A stretch of DNA of 64,000 nucleotides from Leptospirillum sp. (GTDB taxonomy: Bacteria; Nitrospirota; Leptospirillia; Leptospirillales; Leptospirillaceae), in NCBI GenBank assembly GCA_027323445.1, contig DAHWBS010000001.1:2115-66114 (forward strand), given 5' to 3'. The position numbers were made by a program, and so were the translations under genes. Within the stretch, counting starts at the first letter, position 1, and each line of letters starts with the position of its first letter. Below are positions 1 to 9,435 of this stretch, one piece after another. Under the pieces are notes generated by a model that was not told where the DNA came from, searched no databases, and was given only the letters and a program-made list of their open reading frames with translations.

Positions 1-896
1 TGATTGGAAAGGCTACAGCCAACTATATTGCCGGAGAGATGTCAAAAAAAGAGGGCAGGGAAATCAAAGGAACTTTCTTTCATGTGAAGGGTCCTGAGAT
101 ATTCAATATGTGGCTTGGAGAATCTGAGCGAATCGTCAGGGAGCTGTTTGCCCAGGGGAGAGAATCTCGTTTGAGGGGAGAGTTTCCGGTTCTTTTTATC
201 GATGAGGCTGAAGCGATTCTGGGAACCAGAAAGTCATCCAGGGCTTTTAATATTCATAACACAATTGTTCCAATGTTTTGTGCCGAAATGGATGGGTTAT
301 CTTCCCAAGCCGGATTTATGGTTATTCTCGCTACGAATCGTCCGGAGATCATTGATCCGGCCATCCTGCGTCCGGGGCGCATTGACCGGAAGATTCGTGT
401 TCTGCGTCCGGACAGGGATGCGGCATTTGAGATACTGTCCCTTGCTATTCCTCCTTCAATTCCAACGGTCGAAGATTCAATTGTCCTTGATGAAAAGAAA
501 AGGGAACTGATGCTCTCGGCTTTTCTTGACAGGGTTTACGCATCAAGTCAGGAAAATGCCGTAATGGATCTCTTCTTTCGTTCCGGACGGAGGGAAACTC
601 TTTACCGAAAATCTTTCCTTTCGGGAGCGATCCTTGTTTCCGTGTTTGACAGGGCAAAGGAGAAAGCTCTTCTGCGTGAGCTATCAAATCCTGAAAAGGT
701 CTCCGGAATACGCAACGAGGATCTCTGGGATGCGATTTCAAAGGAGTTTGAGGAAGGTGACATTTTACCGGACTCAGATGTGGCAAGAGATTGGCTGAAT
801 CTGCTCGATCTTCCGTCGAGGGATGTCGTGGATATTCGCCGGATTCGTCCGGGAGAGAAAGAGCGTTCGTTTCTTGAACGACGACAGATTGAATGA
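1..896 (+). CDS. arc: Proteasome-associated AAA+ ATPase (ARC/Mpa family), 5'-truncated by the window edge
   Basis: Frame is open from the window start. Walker B (VLFIDEAE), SRH (ATNRPEIIDPAILRPGRIDRKI), KGPE motif. Immediately upstream of dop and the proteasome genes. Confidence 0.9.
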   Translation, partial: IGKATANYIAGEMSKKEGREIKGTFFHVKGPEIFNMWLGESERIVRELFAQGRESRLRGEFPVLFIDEAEAILGTRKSSRAFNIHNTIVPMFCAEMDGLSSQAGFMVILATNRPEIIDPAILRPGRIDRKIRVLRPDRDAAFEILSLAIPPSIPTVEDSIVLDEKKRELMLSAFLDRVYASSQENAVMDLFFRSGRRETLYRKSFLSGAILVSVFDRAKEKALLRELSNPEKVSGIRNEDLWDAISKEFEEGDILPDSDVARDWLNLLDLPSRDVVDIRRIRPGEKERSFLERRQIE

Positions 897-2407
897 TGGA
901 CTCTTCTTTTCCTGTTATTGCCGGAATCGAGACGGAATACGGAATTGTCCGGAGCGATACTGAAAGTTCAGATCCTGTCATTGAGTCGATGGAGCTGATT
1001 CGTTCTTACGAGGGGCCTGAATCTCTGAAGTGGAACTATTCCGAGGAGGATCCTTCGATGGATGCCCGCGGTTTTCATGCTGAAGGATTGGCACAGGATC
1101 TTGAAGAGCAGGAGTTTACCAGATCAGATCACCAACGATTCTTTTCGTTCCGGGAGATGAAAAGTGACCGGATTCTCCCAAATGGAGCCCGATTTTATAA
1201 CGATCATACTCACCCCGAGTACTCAACGCCTGAATGTCATGGTCTTTTTGATCTTCTTGTCCAGGACCGGGCAGGTATTTCGGTCATGCGGATGGCAAAA
1301 AAAAACAGGGAAGGAAGGATTGCTCCCGGTGGCAGGATTTCTCTTTACAGAAACAATACCGACTACCATGGCCACAGTTATGGTTGTCATGAAAACTATC
1401 TTCTTCCCCGGGAGATTCCGTTTGAAAAGATTGTTTCCCACCTTCTGCCGTATCTGGTTGCCAGAATAATTCTGCTTGGCGCAGGGAAATATGCGACCGA
1501 GTCTTCTGAACGTTCTGGAGAGATCCGCTACCAGATTTCGCAGAGGGCAGATTTTATGGAAGCATTGATCGGTGTCGATACGATGCATAATCGCCCTCTC
1601 GTCAACAGCCGGGATGAACCCCACGCAAGAACATCTTCATACCGAAGACTCCATCTGATTTCTGGGGATGCCAATATGTCTGAATGGCAGACCGCAATGA
1701 AGGTCGGGATGACAAAGCTTGTTCTCGGGTTGCTTCTTCGGGATATTTCTGTTGCGGGAGTTGCCATGGAGGATCCATTGCTTGCGATAAGGGAAATTTC
1801 CAGAAGCCTTTATGATCAAAATCCTGTTTCGATGAAAAATGGGACCGAAATGTACGCATTGGAGATTCTTGAGTCCTACCTGCATGTTTGTCAGGGTTTC
1901 TCCCATATAGATAAGGAGAGTTCCTGGGTCCTGAAGGAGTGGTCCTTGGCGCTGGAAGATTTTCGGAAAGACCCCTCTCTTTTGTCGGATAGGGTCGACT
2001 GGATTGCCAAGAAGGAACTCTTTGATTCTTTCAGGCAGGAACAGTCGTTGGCGCAGAATGATCCATGGCTGCAAAGTCTGGATCTTGCCTATCACGATCT
2101 GGATCCCGAGGAAGGGCTTTTCTGGGAGATGGAGGCATCCGGGGCCATTCGTCGTTTGACAACGGAAGCGGATGTTGTGAGAGCCATCAATAGCCCCCCC
2201 AGTCAGGGGAGGTCCAGGGTCAGAAGTGCTATCCTCTCCCATTTTGCCGGGATGATCTCGGAAGCTGGATGGGAAAGGATCCGTTTTCAGGATGGATCGC
2301 TAATCGATCTCCCACTTTTTCTCAAGGAAACATCTGAAGAAATGGATTTACTTGAAAAGAAGGTCAGGAGTCTAAAGGGTCCAGGGGAACTTTCTTCTCT
2401 CTTTTAG
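893..2407 (+). CDS. dop: Dop-type deamidase/depupylase (Pup ligase/deamidase family)
   Basis: GIETEYGI, NGARFYNDHTHPEYSTPEC, GHSYGCHENY, RDEPHA..YRRLHLI.GDAN, DLAYHD. Lies between arc and the modifier gene; ATGA overlap with arc. Confidence 0.88.
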   Translation: MMDSSFPVIAGIETEYGIVRSDTESSDPVIESMELIRSYEGPESLKWNYSEEDPSMDARGFHAEGLAQDLEEQEFTRSDHQRFFSFREMKSDRILPNGARFYNDHTHPEYSTPECHGLFDLLVQDRAGISVMRMAKKNREGRIAPGGRISLYRNNTDYHGHSYGCHENYLLPREIPFEKIVSHLLPYLVARIILLGAGKYATESSERSGEIRYQISQRADFMEALIGVDTMHNRPLVNSRDEPHARTSSYRRLHLISGDANMSEWQTAMKVGMTKLVLGLLLRDISVAGVAMEDPLLAIREISRSLYDQNPVSMKNGTEMYALEILESYLHVCQGFSHIDKESSWVLKEWSLALEDFRKDPSLLSDRVDWIAKKELFDSFRQEQSLAQNDPWLQSLDLAYHDLDPEEGLFWEMEASGAIRRLTTEADVVRAINSPPSQGRSRVRSAILSHFAGMISEAGWERIRFQDGSLIDLPLFLKETSEEMDLLEKKVRSLKGPGELSSLF

Positions 2408-2458
2408 AGAGAAATGGAACTCTGGTTGTTAAAATCTGATTTTTGAGGAGGGTTCAGG

Positions 2459-2674
2459 ATGTTTACTGAAAAAAGTTCATCAGGTGCATTCATCATTGCC
2501 TTTCCGGACCAACCCGTTTCTCCTGCATCACCTGGCAGACGAGAAAATAAACAAGAAGCTCCAACCCCCAGAAAACCGGATGGTGCTCGTGAGGGGGTTG
2601 ACCGGCTGCGTGAAAGAATGAAGAAAGTGGATCCCAACCAATCGGAGCGATACCGTCAAAGGACCGGACAATGA
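2459..2674 (+). CDS. ubact: Ubiquitin-like modifier UBact (Pup functional analogue)
   Basis: 71 aa, charged and Pro-rich, C-terminus VDPNQSERYRQRTGQ matches the UBact R[T/S]G[E/Q] end. GAGGAGG RBS; lies between dop and prcB. Confidence 0.88.
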   Translation: MFTEKSSSGAFIIAFPDQPVSPASPGRRENKQEAPTPRKPDGAREGVDRLRERMKKVDPNQSERYRQRTGQ

Positions 2675-3474
2675 AAACAGGCGAATCCATCAAGGGAGCA
2701 TCCGGCTCTTTTCTTGATCTTTTGAAACAAGAGTCTGGATCTTATTCATCTCTACCCATTGGAGAGTTGTCTGCGGGAAAAGTTCAGGAGATCCAGGCGA
2801 CAACAATTCTGGCCTTTCACTTTTGTGGTGGGGTTCTTGTTGCAGGTGACCGACGGGCTACAGCCGGCAATAGAATCATGGCCAATCGGGTCGAGAAGGT
2901 CATTGAGATTGATGGTCGCTCGGTTCTTGCTATTTCGGGCTCTCCAGCTCAGGCCATAGAGATGGCAAGGGTTTTGGACCACTCTTTTCGATACTATCGG
3001 CGGACCCAACTAGACGAAATGTCTCTTGAAGGACGCTTGCGGCTTCTCGCCCAGCTTCTGAAGGAAAATCTTCCCATGGCGATGAACGGAGTCGGTGGCG
3101 TTGTTCCTTTGTTTATTACCCTTGATCCGGAATCCAATGCGCCTAAAATTTATTTTTACGATATTCTTGGGGCCCATTTTGAAGGAACCCCTTTCGCCGT
3201 GGGGGGATCGGGCTCTCTTGAGGTTCAGGGTATTCTGAGATTTCTTGATCGATGGGGGAACCCCAGCGGGCTTTCCTCTATTTCAAAAAAGGACGCGATT
3301 CTCCTCTCTCTGAGGCTTCTGGAAACAGCATCCTATTTTGATTCAGCCACAGGAGGGATTCAAGCTGGTGACAGAATTTACCCCGTTATAAAGCTGGTAT
3401 CTGGTGAAGGAGTCGAAACAGTGGGAGAAGACCTCCTGAGAGAGATGATGGAAACGGAGGTTCGGGGTGTTTGA
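2671..3474 (+). CDS. prcB: 20S proteasome beta subunit
   Basis: Propeptide followed by TTILA (Ntn catalytic Thr), AGDRRAT, GSGS, DSATGG. Confidence 0.92.
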   Translation: MKTGESIKGASGSFLDLLKQESGSYSSLPIGELSAGKVQEIQATTILAFHFCGGVLVAGDRRATAGNRIMANRVEKVIEIDGRSVLAISGSPAQAIEMARVLDHSFRYYRRTQLDEMSLEGRLRLLAQLLKENLPMAMNGVGGVVPLFITLDPESNAPKIYFYDILGAHFEGTPFAVGGSGSLEVQGILRFLDRWGNPSGLSSISKKDAILLSLRLLETASYFDSATGGIQAGDRIYPVIKLVSGEGVETVGEDLLREMMETEVRGV

Positions 3475-4198
3475 TGAACCTTATCGCTGGGTCGATGCGA
3501 TCAATCAACGCAGGGACTATATTGAAGAACAGCTGAAGCGATCATCTCCGGTCGTGGCTGTTACTGTGGATGAAGGAATTTTGTTGGTTTCTTTTTTTCG
3601 CCAGACCTCGAAGATTTTTGAGGTTTATGATCGAATGGCAATGGGTGCAATCGGACACCCTGCAGATATAGAACTGATAAGAATGGCAGCTATCAATACC
3701 GCTCACCTTGAAGGATTTGCCCGGTCATCAAAAGATGTCTCGATTCGGAGACTGACGATGTTTACTATTTCTCCGAAGCTGAAATCGGCGTTTGAGGATG
3801 TCATGTCCTCTCCCATGATTTACAGGGGGATTTTCGTTCAGGCCGGCGAATCTCCTAAAGAGGATTGCTTCCTTGTTCTGGATTTTGATGGTCAGGTTCA
3901 ACCGACTAAAAGCTCTGCGGTCATATCAAATACGGAAGATGTGTCAGACCGTATCCGAAAACTTCTTCCATCTACCATGCTTTCGAGTAAAGAGGCTCTC
4001 CCTCTATTGATCCATGCTTGTCTTTCCGGAAGTTCGGATTTCGAAGATATGGGGATTGATACGGACGGGAAGATCCTTGATGCGGACCTCTATAGACAGA
4101 AAAAAGAGCAGTTTTTGTCGGAAAGAGAGCCTGATATTCAACTTCTGGGTCGTCAAAATGGTTTAATGACGCGGCTCCCATTGCCTGATAACGCTTGA
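3467..4198 (+). CDS. prcA: 20S proteasome alpha subunit
   Basis: GTG start overlapping prcB; SPVV..GIL...SKIFEVYDRMAMGAIG pattern; operon position. Confidence 0.85.
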   Translation: MFDEPYRWVDAINQRRDYIEEQLKRSSPVVAVTVDEGILLVSFFRQTSKIFEVYDRMAMGAIGHPADIELIRMAAINTAHLEGFARSSKDVSIRRLTMFTISPKLKSAFEDVMSSPMIYRGIFVQAGESPKEDCFLVLDFDGQVQPTKSSAVISNTEDVSDRIRKLLPSTMLSSKEALPLLIHACLSGSSDFEDMGIDTDGKILDADLYRQKKEQFLSEREPDIQLLGRQNGLMTRLPLPDNA

Positions 4199-4223
4199 TC
4201 ATCCGTTCCATGGAGGAGGGGGG

Positions 4224-5675
4224 TTGCCATTGCGTTCCATCATAGGACTTGAAACGGAGTATGGGGCACTGTTGAACCGGGATCCCGGTTCTGTAAGGGA
4301 TCTTTTTCGACAGGAAGAGATTTTTCAGCGCTTGAGAGATCATATCTTCCACACTCGACGCTTTGGTGCAATCGATCAGCATCAAAGGGCTTATGATGAG
4401 CCCGTTGGGAATGGCGGGTTTCTGCGAAACGCAGGAAGGCTTTATGTTGATATGGGTCATCTGGAGTATGCCTCTCCTGAAGCGCTGGATCTCCTCGATC
4501 TTGTTTTGGTTGACAGGGCCGGAGACAAAATTCTTCAGGATGCAATCGACGAACTCGGTTTAACCTCTGAGATCTCCCTGATCAAAAACAATATAGACCA
4601 CCAAACCCTTGCAACATTTGGTTCCCATGAAAACTATCTTGTATCACGCCAGTTTCCTTTTACAGAAAGGGGAATGGAGCCTTTAGTGGCGTTTCTTGTA
4701 ACAAGACAGATCTTTACTGGAGCCGGGCGAGTTGGTTCTGCCAACCTGAATGAGAGCCTTATCACCTTTCCACCAACGGACAAGCCTGTTACCTTTCAGA
4801 TCTCCCAAAGAGCTGATTATGTTGTGAACAAGTTTTATCAATGGGTTCAGATGAACCGGTCGATTGTTAATACCCGAGACGAGCCTTTGGCGGATCCGGC
4901 CCTTTTCCGTCGCATGCATCTGTTGATGGGAGATTCCAATATGTCCCAGTTTGCTACGGCGATGAAGTTCGGGACAACCCGTTTGGCACTTTCCCTCATT
5001 GAAGAGGAGCTTTCTCCTTCTATCGGGATCATTGATCCAGTTCGGGCTAATCACTCGATTTCCCATGATATATCAATGGGATGGAGGATTATGGACAATG
5101 ATGGAAAGATGCTGACAGCGACGGATTTGCAGTGGATGTTCCTTGAAGCAGCGGATCGAAATTATCGTGGAAGGGATGAGGAAACTGATTGGGTTATTTC
5201 AGAGTGGGCGGCCCTTCTTTCTGATCTTGGAAAGAAGGACCCTTCAAAGGTTGCTGATCGTGTTGACTGGGCTGCCAAGTTTATGTTGCTGGATCAGTTC
5301 AGGGAAGAGGAAGGTCTTGAGTGGAGTGATCCATGGCTGGAAAGCCTGGACCTGGAATATCACAACATTCATCCCGAAAAAGGGCTGTTTCGGATTCTTG
5401 AGCAGGAGGGCCGTCATCGTCGACTGATTTCTGACAGGCAAATCTCAGATGGTATAGTCAAACCTCCAAGCTTTACAAGAGCGTACGGGCGTTCGATGGC
5501 CGTAAACCATATTTTGGAAGAGAATGATTTATCCTACATAATCCAGTGGTTTGGTATTCAGGTTAATGAAGGGGAGGTGCTGTACATGCTTGATCCCCTC
5601 AATACCTATCAATGTGAGGTGGATCAATATTTTGCTGATCCGCCGGATGTACTCTCCCCTTCTCTGGAGGACTAG
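4224..5675 (+). CDS. pafA: Pup/UBact-protein ligase PafA
   Basis: GLETEYG, GGFLRNAGRLYVDMGHLEYASPE, GSHENY, TRDEPLAD..FRRMHL, LDLEYHNI. TTG start with GGAGGAGG RBS. Confidence 0.88.
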   Translation: MPLRSIIGLETEYGALLNRDPGSVRDLFRQEEIFQRLRDHIFHTRRFGAIDQHQRAYDEPVGNGGFLRNAGRLYVDMGHLEYASPEALDLLDLVLVDRAGDKILQDAIDELGLTSEISLIKNNIDHQTLATFGSHENYLVSRQFPFTERGMEPLVAFLVTRQIFTGAGRVGSANLNESLITFPPTDKPVTFQISQRADYVVNKFYQWVQMNRSIVNTRDEPLADPALFRRMHLLMGDSNMSQFATAMKFGTTRLALSLIEEELSPSIGIIDPVRANHSISHDISMGWRIMDNDGKMLTATDLQWMFLEAADRNYRGRDEETDWVISEWAALLSDLGKKDPSKVADRVDWAAKFMLLDQFREEEGLEWSDPWLESLDLEYHNIHPEKGLFRILEQEGRHRRLISDRQISDGIVKPPSFTRAYGRSMAVNHILEENDLSYIIQWFGIQVNEGEVLYMLDPLNTYQCEVDQYFADPPDVLSPSLED

Positions 5676-6769
5676 GGAATATTTCTTTGTTTTGTTACGT
5701 AGGCGAGATAGGGATCCCACATGGCCCCGGTGGCGGACATTACAAAGTCGGCACCCTCGTTGCGGAATAGAGTGTAGTCTTCGGGTGTGTTATATCCGCC
5801 AACTCCGATGAGTTCGACTTTCATTTTTCCATCGTCAATGACTTTTCTCAGAATCCCTATCGTTTGAAGTGCTAGGTCCCTGATTCCTGCCCCGCAAAGA
5901 CCCGACCGTTCCCTTCCAGCCCCGGGAAGGGCTGGTTGCCCGTTTGAGTTGATAATTGTGGCTGAAACGGTATTTATGGCTCCTATCCCCTGTATATAGG
6001 GAGATGTTTGTTCCAGCAGTTTTTTGGCAAGATCAGGATCAGATATCAGTCCTACCTTCATGATCAGCGGTGTTTCTCCGATGGCTTTCCTGACCATGGA
6101 GAGAACCTTCATGCTGGATTCAGGACTTTGATAGAGTTGACCTTCCTTTCCTTTGACATTGGGGCATGAGAAATTTACCTCAATGGCCATTGCCCCCGCT
6201 TCTTTTGCGATCTTTGCAGTTCTGGCGAAGTCTTCTGGCATAGAGCATTCCGGCTGTTCGATACCAACAACGGAAACAACCAAAACCTGATTTTCCGCAA
6301 TGGATTTGACTGCTTTCCCGATGTCTGGAATCCAGACGGAAGGCGCTTGGCTGGGCATTCCAAAGGAGTTTGTGATGGTTACGGAGTTCATTGACTGAGG
6401 ATGAAAATCCAGCGTAGCAATCAGGGGGGACTGGAGATCTTCTGTCTTGAACGGGCGGTTGAATGGGACATAGAGGCAATTGGGGTTCTGATAGGAGGGA
6501 TGGCTGTGACTCCTGACTGTTTTGTAGGTCAGAATGTCAAATCCCATTTTTGAATAGAACTCGATCCATCTGGAGCTGAGAAGCGGTCCTGCAGGAATTC
6601 CGATTCTGGACCGGCAAGGAATGCCAAGAAATGAAACCAACTGGTGGGTATCCTGCAGTGGTGGCGGTTCAATCCCAAAGACCGGACCATTTTTGTAATT
6701 GTCATCATAAGAGATTCGAATGTCATAAACTGGAGGGGCGATTGACAATTCTGGCTCCTTTGGAATCAA
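5672..6769 (-). CDS. Dihydroorotate dehydrogenase family FMN protein
   Basis: GIPAGPL, YKTVRS, NSFGMPS, EVNFSCPNV, SGLCG, IGVGG (family 1 DHODH-like). Exact start uncertain. Confidence 0.8.
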   Translation of the reverse strand: MIPKEPELSIAPPVYDIRISYDDNYKNGPVFGIEPPPLQDTHQLVSFLGIPCRSRIGIPAGPLLSSRWIEFYSKMGFDILTYKTVRSHSHPSYQNPNCLYVPFNRPFKTEDLQSPLIATLDFHPQSMNSVTITNSFGMPSQAPSVWIPDIGKAVKSIAENQVLVVSVVGIEQPECSMPEDFARTAKIAKEAGAMAIEVNFSCPNVKGKEGQLYQSPESSMKVLSMVRKAIGETPLIMKVGLISDPDLAKKLLEQTSPYIQGIGAINTVSATIINSNGQPALPGAGRERSGLCGAGIRDLALQTIGILRKVIDDGKMKVELIGVGGYNTPEDYTLFRNEGADFVMSATGAMWDPYLAYVTKQRNIP

Positions 6770-7682
6770 TGGTTGATGGAATCAGGACAGCTGAATACTC
6801 CTGATTGTTCAGAAACGTTTCCATGGCGCCTTGAACTTTCTGAATCACATTCTGTCGGGGGGAAAGGGCTACCATTGTTGATCCCGCGCCTGATATGACG
6901 AGATTTGATGCCCCGGCTTCAAGGGCCGTTTCCCGGATTGAGGAATAGAGGGGTATCAGTGGACCTCTATAGGGAGAGACGAGTGGGTCATTGACCATTT
7001 CACAGAAGAGCTCCGGGTTGTTTGAAGATACTGCAGTCAGAATGCCGGCCGTTCTCATGATGGCCTCAACTGAGGAAGCAAAAGGAACTTTTTCCGGAAT
7101 AGCCTTTCTTGACTCGGCTGTTTTCAGAAGTTCTCTGGGAACGATAAATAAAAGGTGAATCCCGTTAATGGCTCCAAATCGGAAAGATCTCTTCAGACTT
7201 GAAATAGAGACAGTGACTCCACCGTAGAGGCAAGCCGATACATTATCCAGAAAGTAACCACCGCTGACCCGACTTTCGGCATTGGCTGCTGCCTCCAGAA
7301 TATCCTGTTCCGAGAAAAGGTTGCCCGCGAGAACATTGCCCAAAAAGGCTCCACCGACGGCTGATGCTGCACTAGAGCCAAGCCCCGACCCAGGAACTCC
7401 TTTTTCGATTGCCATGACCAGATCTTTATTGGCCAATCCTGCTTTATCAAGGATGATTCTGGCAGCGATCGTTGCGGTGTTCTGTCCCGGGTCCATTGGT
7501 AAATCGCTCCATGCTCCCGAAATCGATAGAATTCTGTCTCCGGCTTGACTGTCTTCGAGGTATCCGGTGATTTGGTCGCCCATTCCGGTTACAGCCATCC
7601 CGAGGGTATCAAATCCTGGACCGATATTGCCGACCGAAGCGGGTGCATAAACCGTCACCGGAGTCATATTTTGGTTACTCAA
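6723..7682 (-). CDS. thrB: Homoserine kinase
   Basis: APASVGNIGPGFDTLGMA, GHMP motif PGSGLGSSAAS, DNV, ISGAGST. Confidence 0.92.
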   Translation of the reverse strand: MSNQNMTPVTVYAPASVGNIGPGFDTLGMAVTGMGDQITGYLEDSQAGDRILSISGAWSDLPMDPGQNTATIAARIILDKAGLANKDLVMAIEKGVPGSGLGSSAASAVGGAFLGNVLAGNLFSEQDILEAAANAESRVSGGYFLDNVSACLYGGVTVSISSLKRSFRFGAINGIHLLFIVPRELLKTAESRKAIPEKVPFASSVEAIMRTAGILTAVSSNNPELFCEMVNDPLVSPYRGPLIPLYSSIRETALEAGASNLVISGAGSTMVALSPRQNVIQKVQGAMETFLNNQEYSAVLIPSTIDSKGARIVNRPSSL

Positions 7683-8020
7683 AGAGATCTTCCTCCTAAT
7701 TCCGGGGGGTTATCAATTTGAAGGTCTGAAACAATATGGCCCTTTTGCAGGTGTTCCGAAACAATCCTTTTGACATCTTCGGATGTTTGAATCCGGTAAT
7801 AAACACCATCTGGATAAATTGCCAGTACAGGACCTTCCTCACATGTATCGAGGCAGCCACTTTTATTGATGCGGATGGGTCCAGGGACAGGGCTCAGAAG
7901 GACTGCTTCTTTTAACTCGTCAAGAAGGGGAGCGATTCCCCTGGCGGCACAGGATCCCCTTGGATGATTTGGAGGACGGTCATTTGTGCAGGCAAAAAGA
8001 TGATAGCGAAATCGACCCAT
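7679..8020 (-). CDS. Thioredoxin-like [2Fe-2S] ferredoxin
   Basis: HLFACTN..RGSC..SGCLDTCEEGP..IYPDGVYY..IVSEHL. Confidence 0.9.
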   Translation of the reverse strand: MGRFRYHLFACTNDRPPNHPRGSCAARGIAPLLDELKEAVLLSPVPGPIRINKSGCLDTCEEGPVLAIYPDGVYYRIQTSEDVKRIVSEHLQKGHIVSDLQIDNPPELGGRSL

Positions 8021-8118
8021 TGATCATGGCTCCTTTTGAATTGGTTATTGGTGGCTGCAAGGATTTTTGAGTTATCCATGCGGAGTGATGCTTCATCGAT
8101 GATCATCTCCTACTTGTA

Positions 8119-8838
8119 TCAGGACAGATGAAAAAGTTTTGGAAGAATTGTCCCCAGAAAAAGACCTGCCAAAGCAGCCGATCCACCGAGTAGAACCATT
8201 TCTCCCGCTCCCTTAATGGCCGGTTCACTCGAGTAGTAGGATTTTATAACACCGAGGGTTGCCAATACCACTATGGAGAGAGAGAGGGAAAGGTCAAATG
8301 CCAGAGAAAGAGAATGAACCCAGGCATAGGGTAACAGGGGCGGAGTCCCCCCAAGGAGAAAAGAGGTTCCAAGCCAGGCTCCATCCTTCAATGGATGAGG
8401 GCTGTCAGTATCACTCAGGCCTAGTTCTTCTTTCATCATGAATGAATGCCAGAGATGGGGATCTTTTGTGATTCTTTTTACAAACAAGGAGGCTTCTTCC
8501 TGGGAGAAGTGCATTTTAAGCAGAATGTCGACAACTTCTTTTTGTTCCAGTTCAGGTGTGTCACGGATCTCGTCCCATTCTCGTCTGGATTCCCTCTGGT
8601 AAAAATCACGTTGACTTCTCGAAGCCATGTAACCCCCGAGAAACATCGAGATGGACCCTGCAATATTAGACATTACTCCGGAAAAAAAGATTGTATGCAT
8701 TGGCAGGGCGGATCCGGTCAGACCTCCGACAAAACTGACGACAGTCACCACACCGTCATTGATTCCAAGGACAGCGTCCTTTATGCGTCGGCCTTCTGGC
8801 GAATGCCAGGCCTCAAGATCGGAAGGAGAGTTTTTCAT
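8119..8838 (-). CDS. VIT1/CCC1 family iron/manganese transporter
   Basis: DAVLGINDG, AGSISMFLGGY, Glu-rich cytoplasmic segment, MMKEELGL, C-terminal TM helices. Confidence 0.9.
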   Translation of the reverse strand: MKNSPSDLEAWHSPEGRRIKDAVLGINDGVVTVVSFVGGLTGSALPMHTIFFSGVMSNIAGSISMFLGGYMASRSQRDFYQRESRREWDEIRDTPELEQKEVVDILLKMHFSQEEASLFVKRITKDPHLWHSFMMKEELGLSDTDSPHPLKDGAWLGTSFLLGGTPPLLPYAWVHSLSLAFDLSLSLSIVVLATLGVIKSYYSSEPAIKGAGEMVLLGGSAALAGLFLGTILPKLFHLS

Positions 8839-8853
8839 GCGATAATCATATCA
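8839..8853 (-). promoter_or_regulatory. Extended -10 promoter (TG-A-TATGAT) 6 nt before the VIT1 ATG; probable leaderless transcript
   Basis: Minus strand reads TGATATGATtatcgcATG; no SD upstream. Confidence 0.45.
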
Positions 8854-8923
8854 AAAAAGAGTCGTCCAAAACGAATATTCACATGAAGTTCAGGGAGGTC
8901 GGGAGTGAAATCCCAATATATTC

Positions 8924-8952
8924 TTGACAAGTATTTATGTGGGGGGTATTAT
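8924..8952 (+). promoter_or_regulatory. Sigma70 promoter of the cbb3-related cluster
   Basis: TTGACA-17 bp-TATTAT. Confidence 0.75.
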
Positions 8953-9097
8953 CCACCCGATCCCCTCCGGATATTCTCTTTTTAAAGGGTTTATTGTGTG
9001 CAGAGTGGGGGTCTTCAGCTATTATTTTTCGGAGTTTATCCGATAGTAGGATCGTTTACCGGTCCATGGTTTCCATGGAAAATCGGAGGGTGTCAAG

Positions 9098-9331
9098 ATG
9101 GGAAACAGTATGAAGGGCTTTGTGGCGTATGCCTTGGTTGGAGCATTTGTTGCTGTGGGCAGCGGATGTGTCGTCGGTTTTTGCTTGCAAGAATGGCTGG
9201 GTGCTCATCGCTTTCCGACCTGGCGGGGAGATTACGAGTGGGTTTATGACGTTATGGTCATCTCCGCTATAACGGGAATGGCTGTTTCTTTGTGGGCGCG
9301 CTCGCTTCATCGCAAAGAAGAAAACTGGTGA
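9098..9331 (+). CDS. Small two-helix membrane protein
   Basis: GGAGG RBS; two hydrophobic segments; first ORF after the promoter. Confidence 0.65.
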   Translation: MGNSMKGFVAYALVGAFVAVGSGCVVGFCLQEWLGAHRFPTWRGDYEWVYDVMVISAITGMAVSLWARSLHRKEENW

Positions 9332-9435
9332 TCAGAGTTTGAGAGCTTGAAGGATGTTATGGTGAGCCATAACCTTCTTTTTTAGGGTTTTCAGTTTAAA
9401 CTTGGGAAATTTCGAAATTTGAAAAGGAGAAATCA

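Noticed and set aside
1297-1305. A9 tract in dop as a frameshift or phase-variation site
   Set aside because: The reading frame is intact and full-length across it (AKKN).
2459-2674. Classical actinobacterial Pup
   Set aside because: It ends RTGQ rather than GG[E/Q], which fits UBact.
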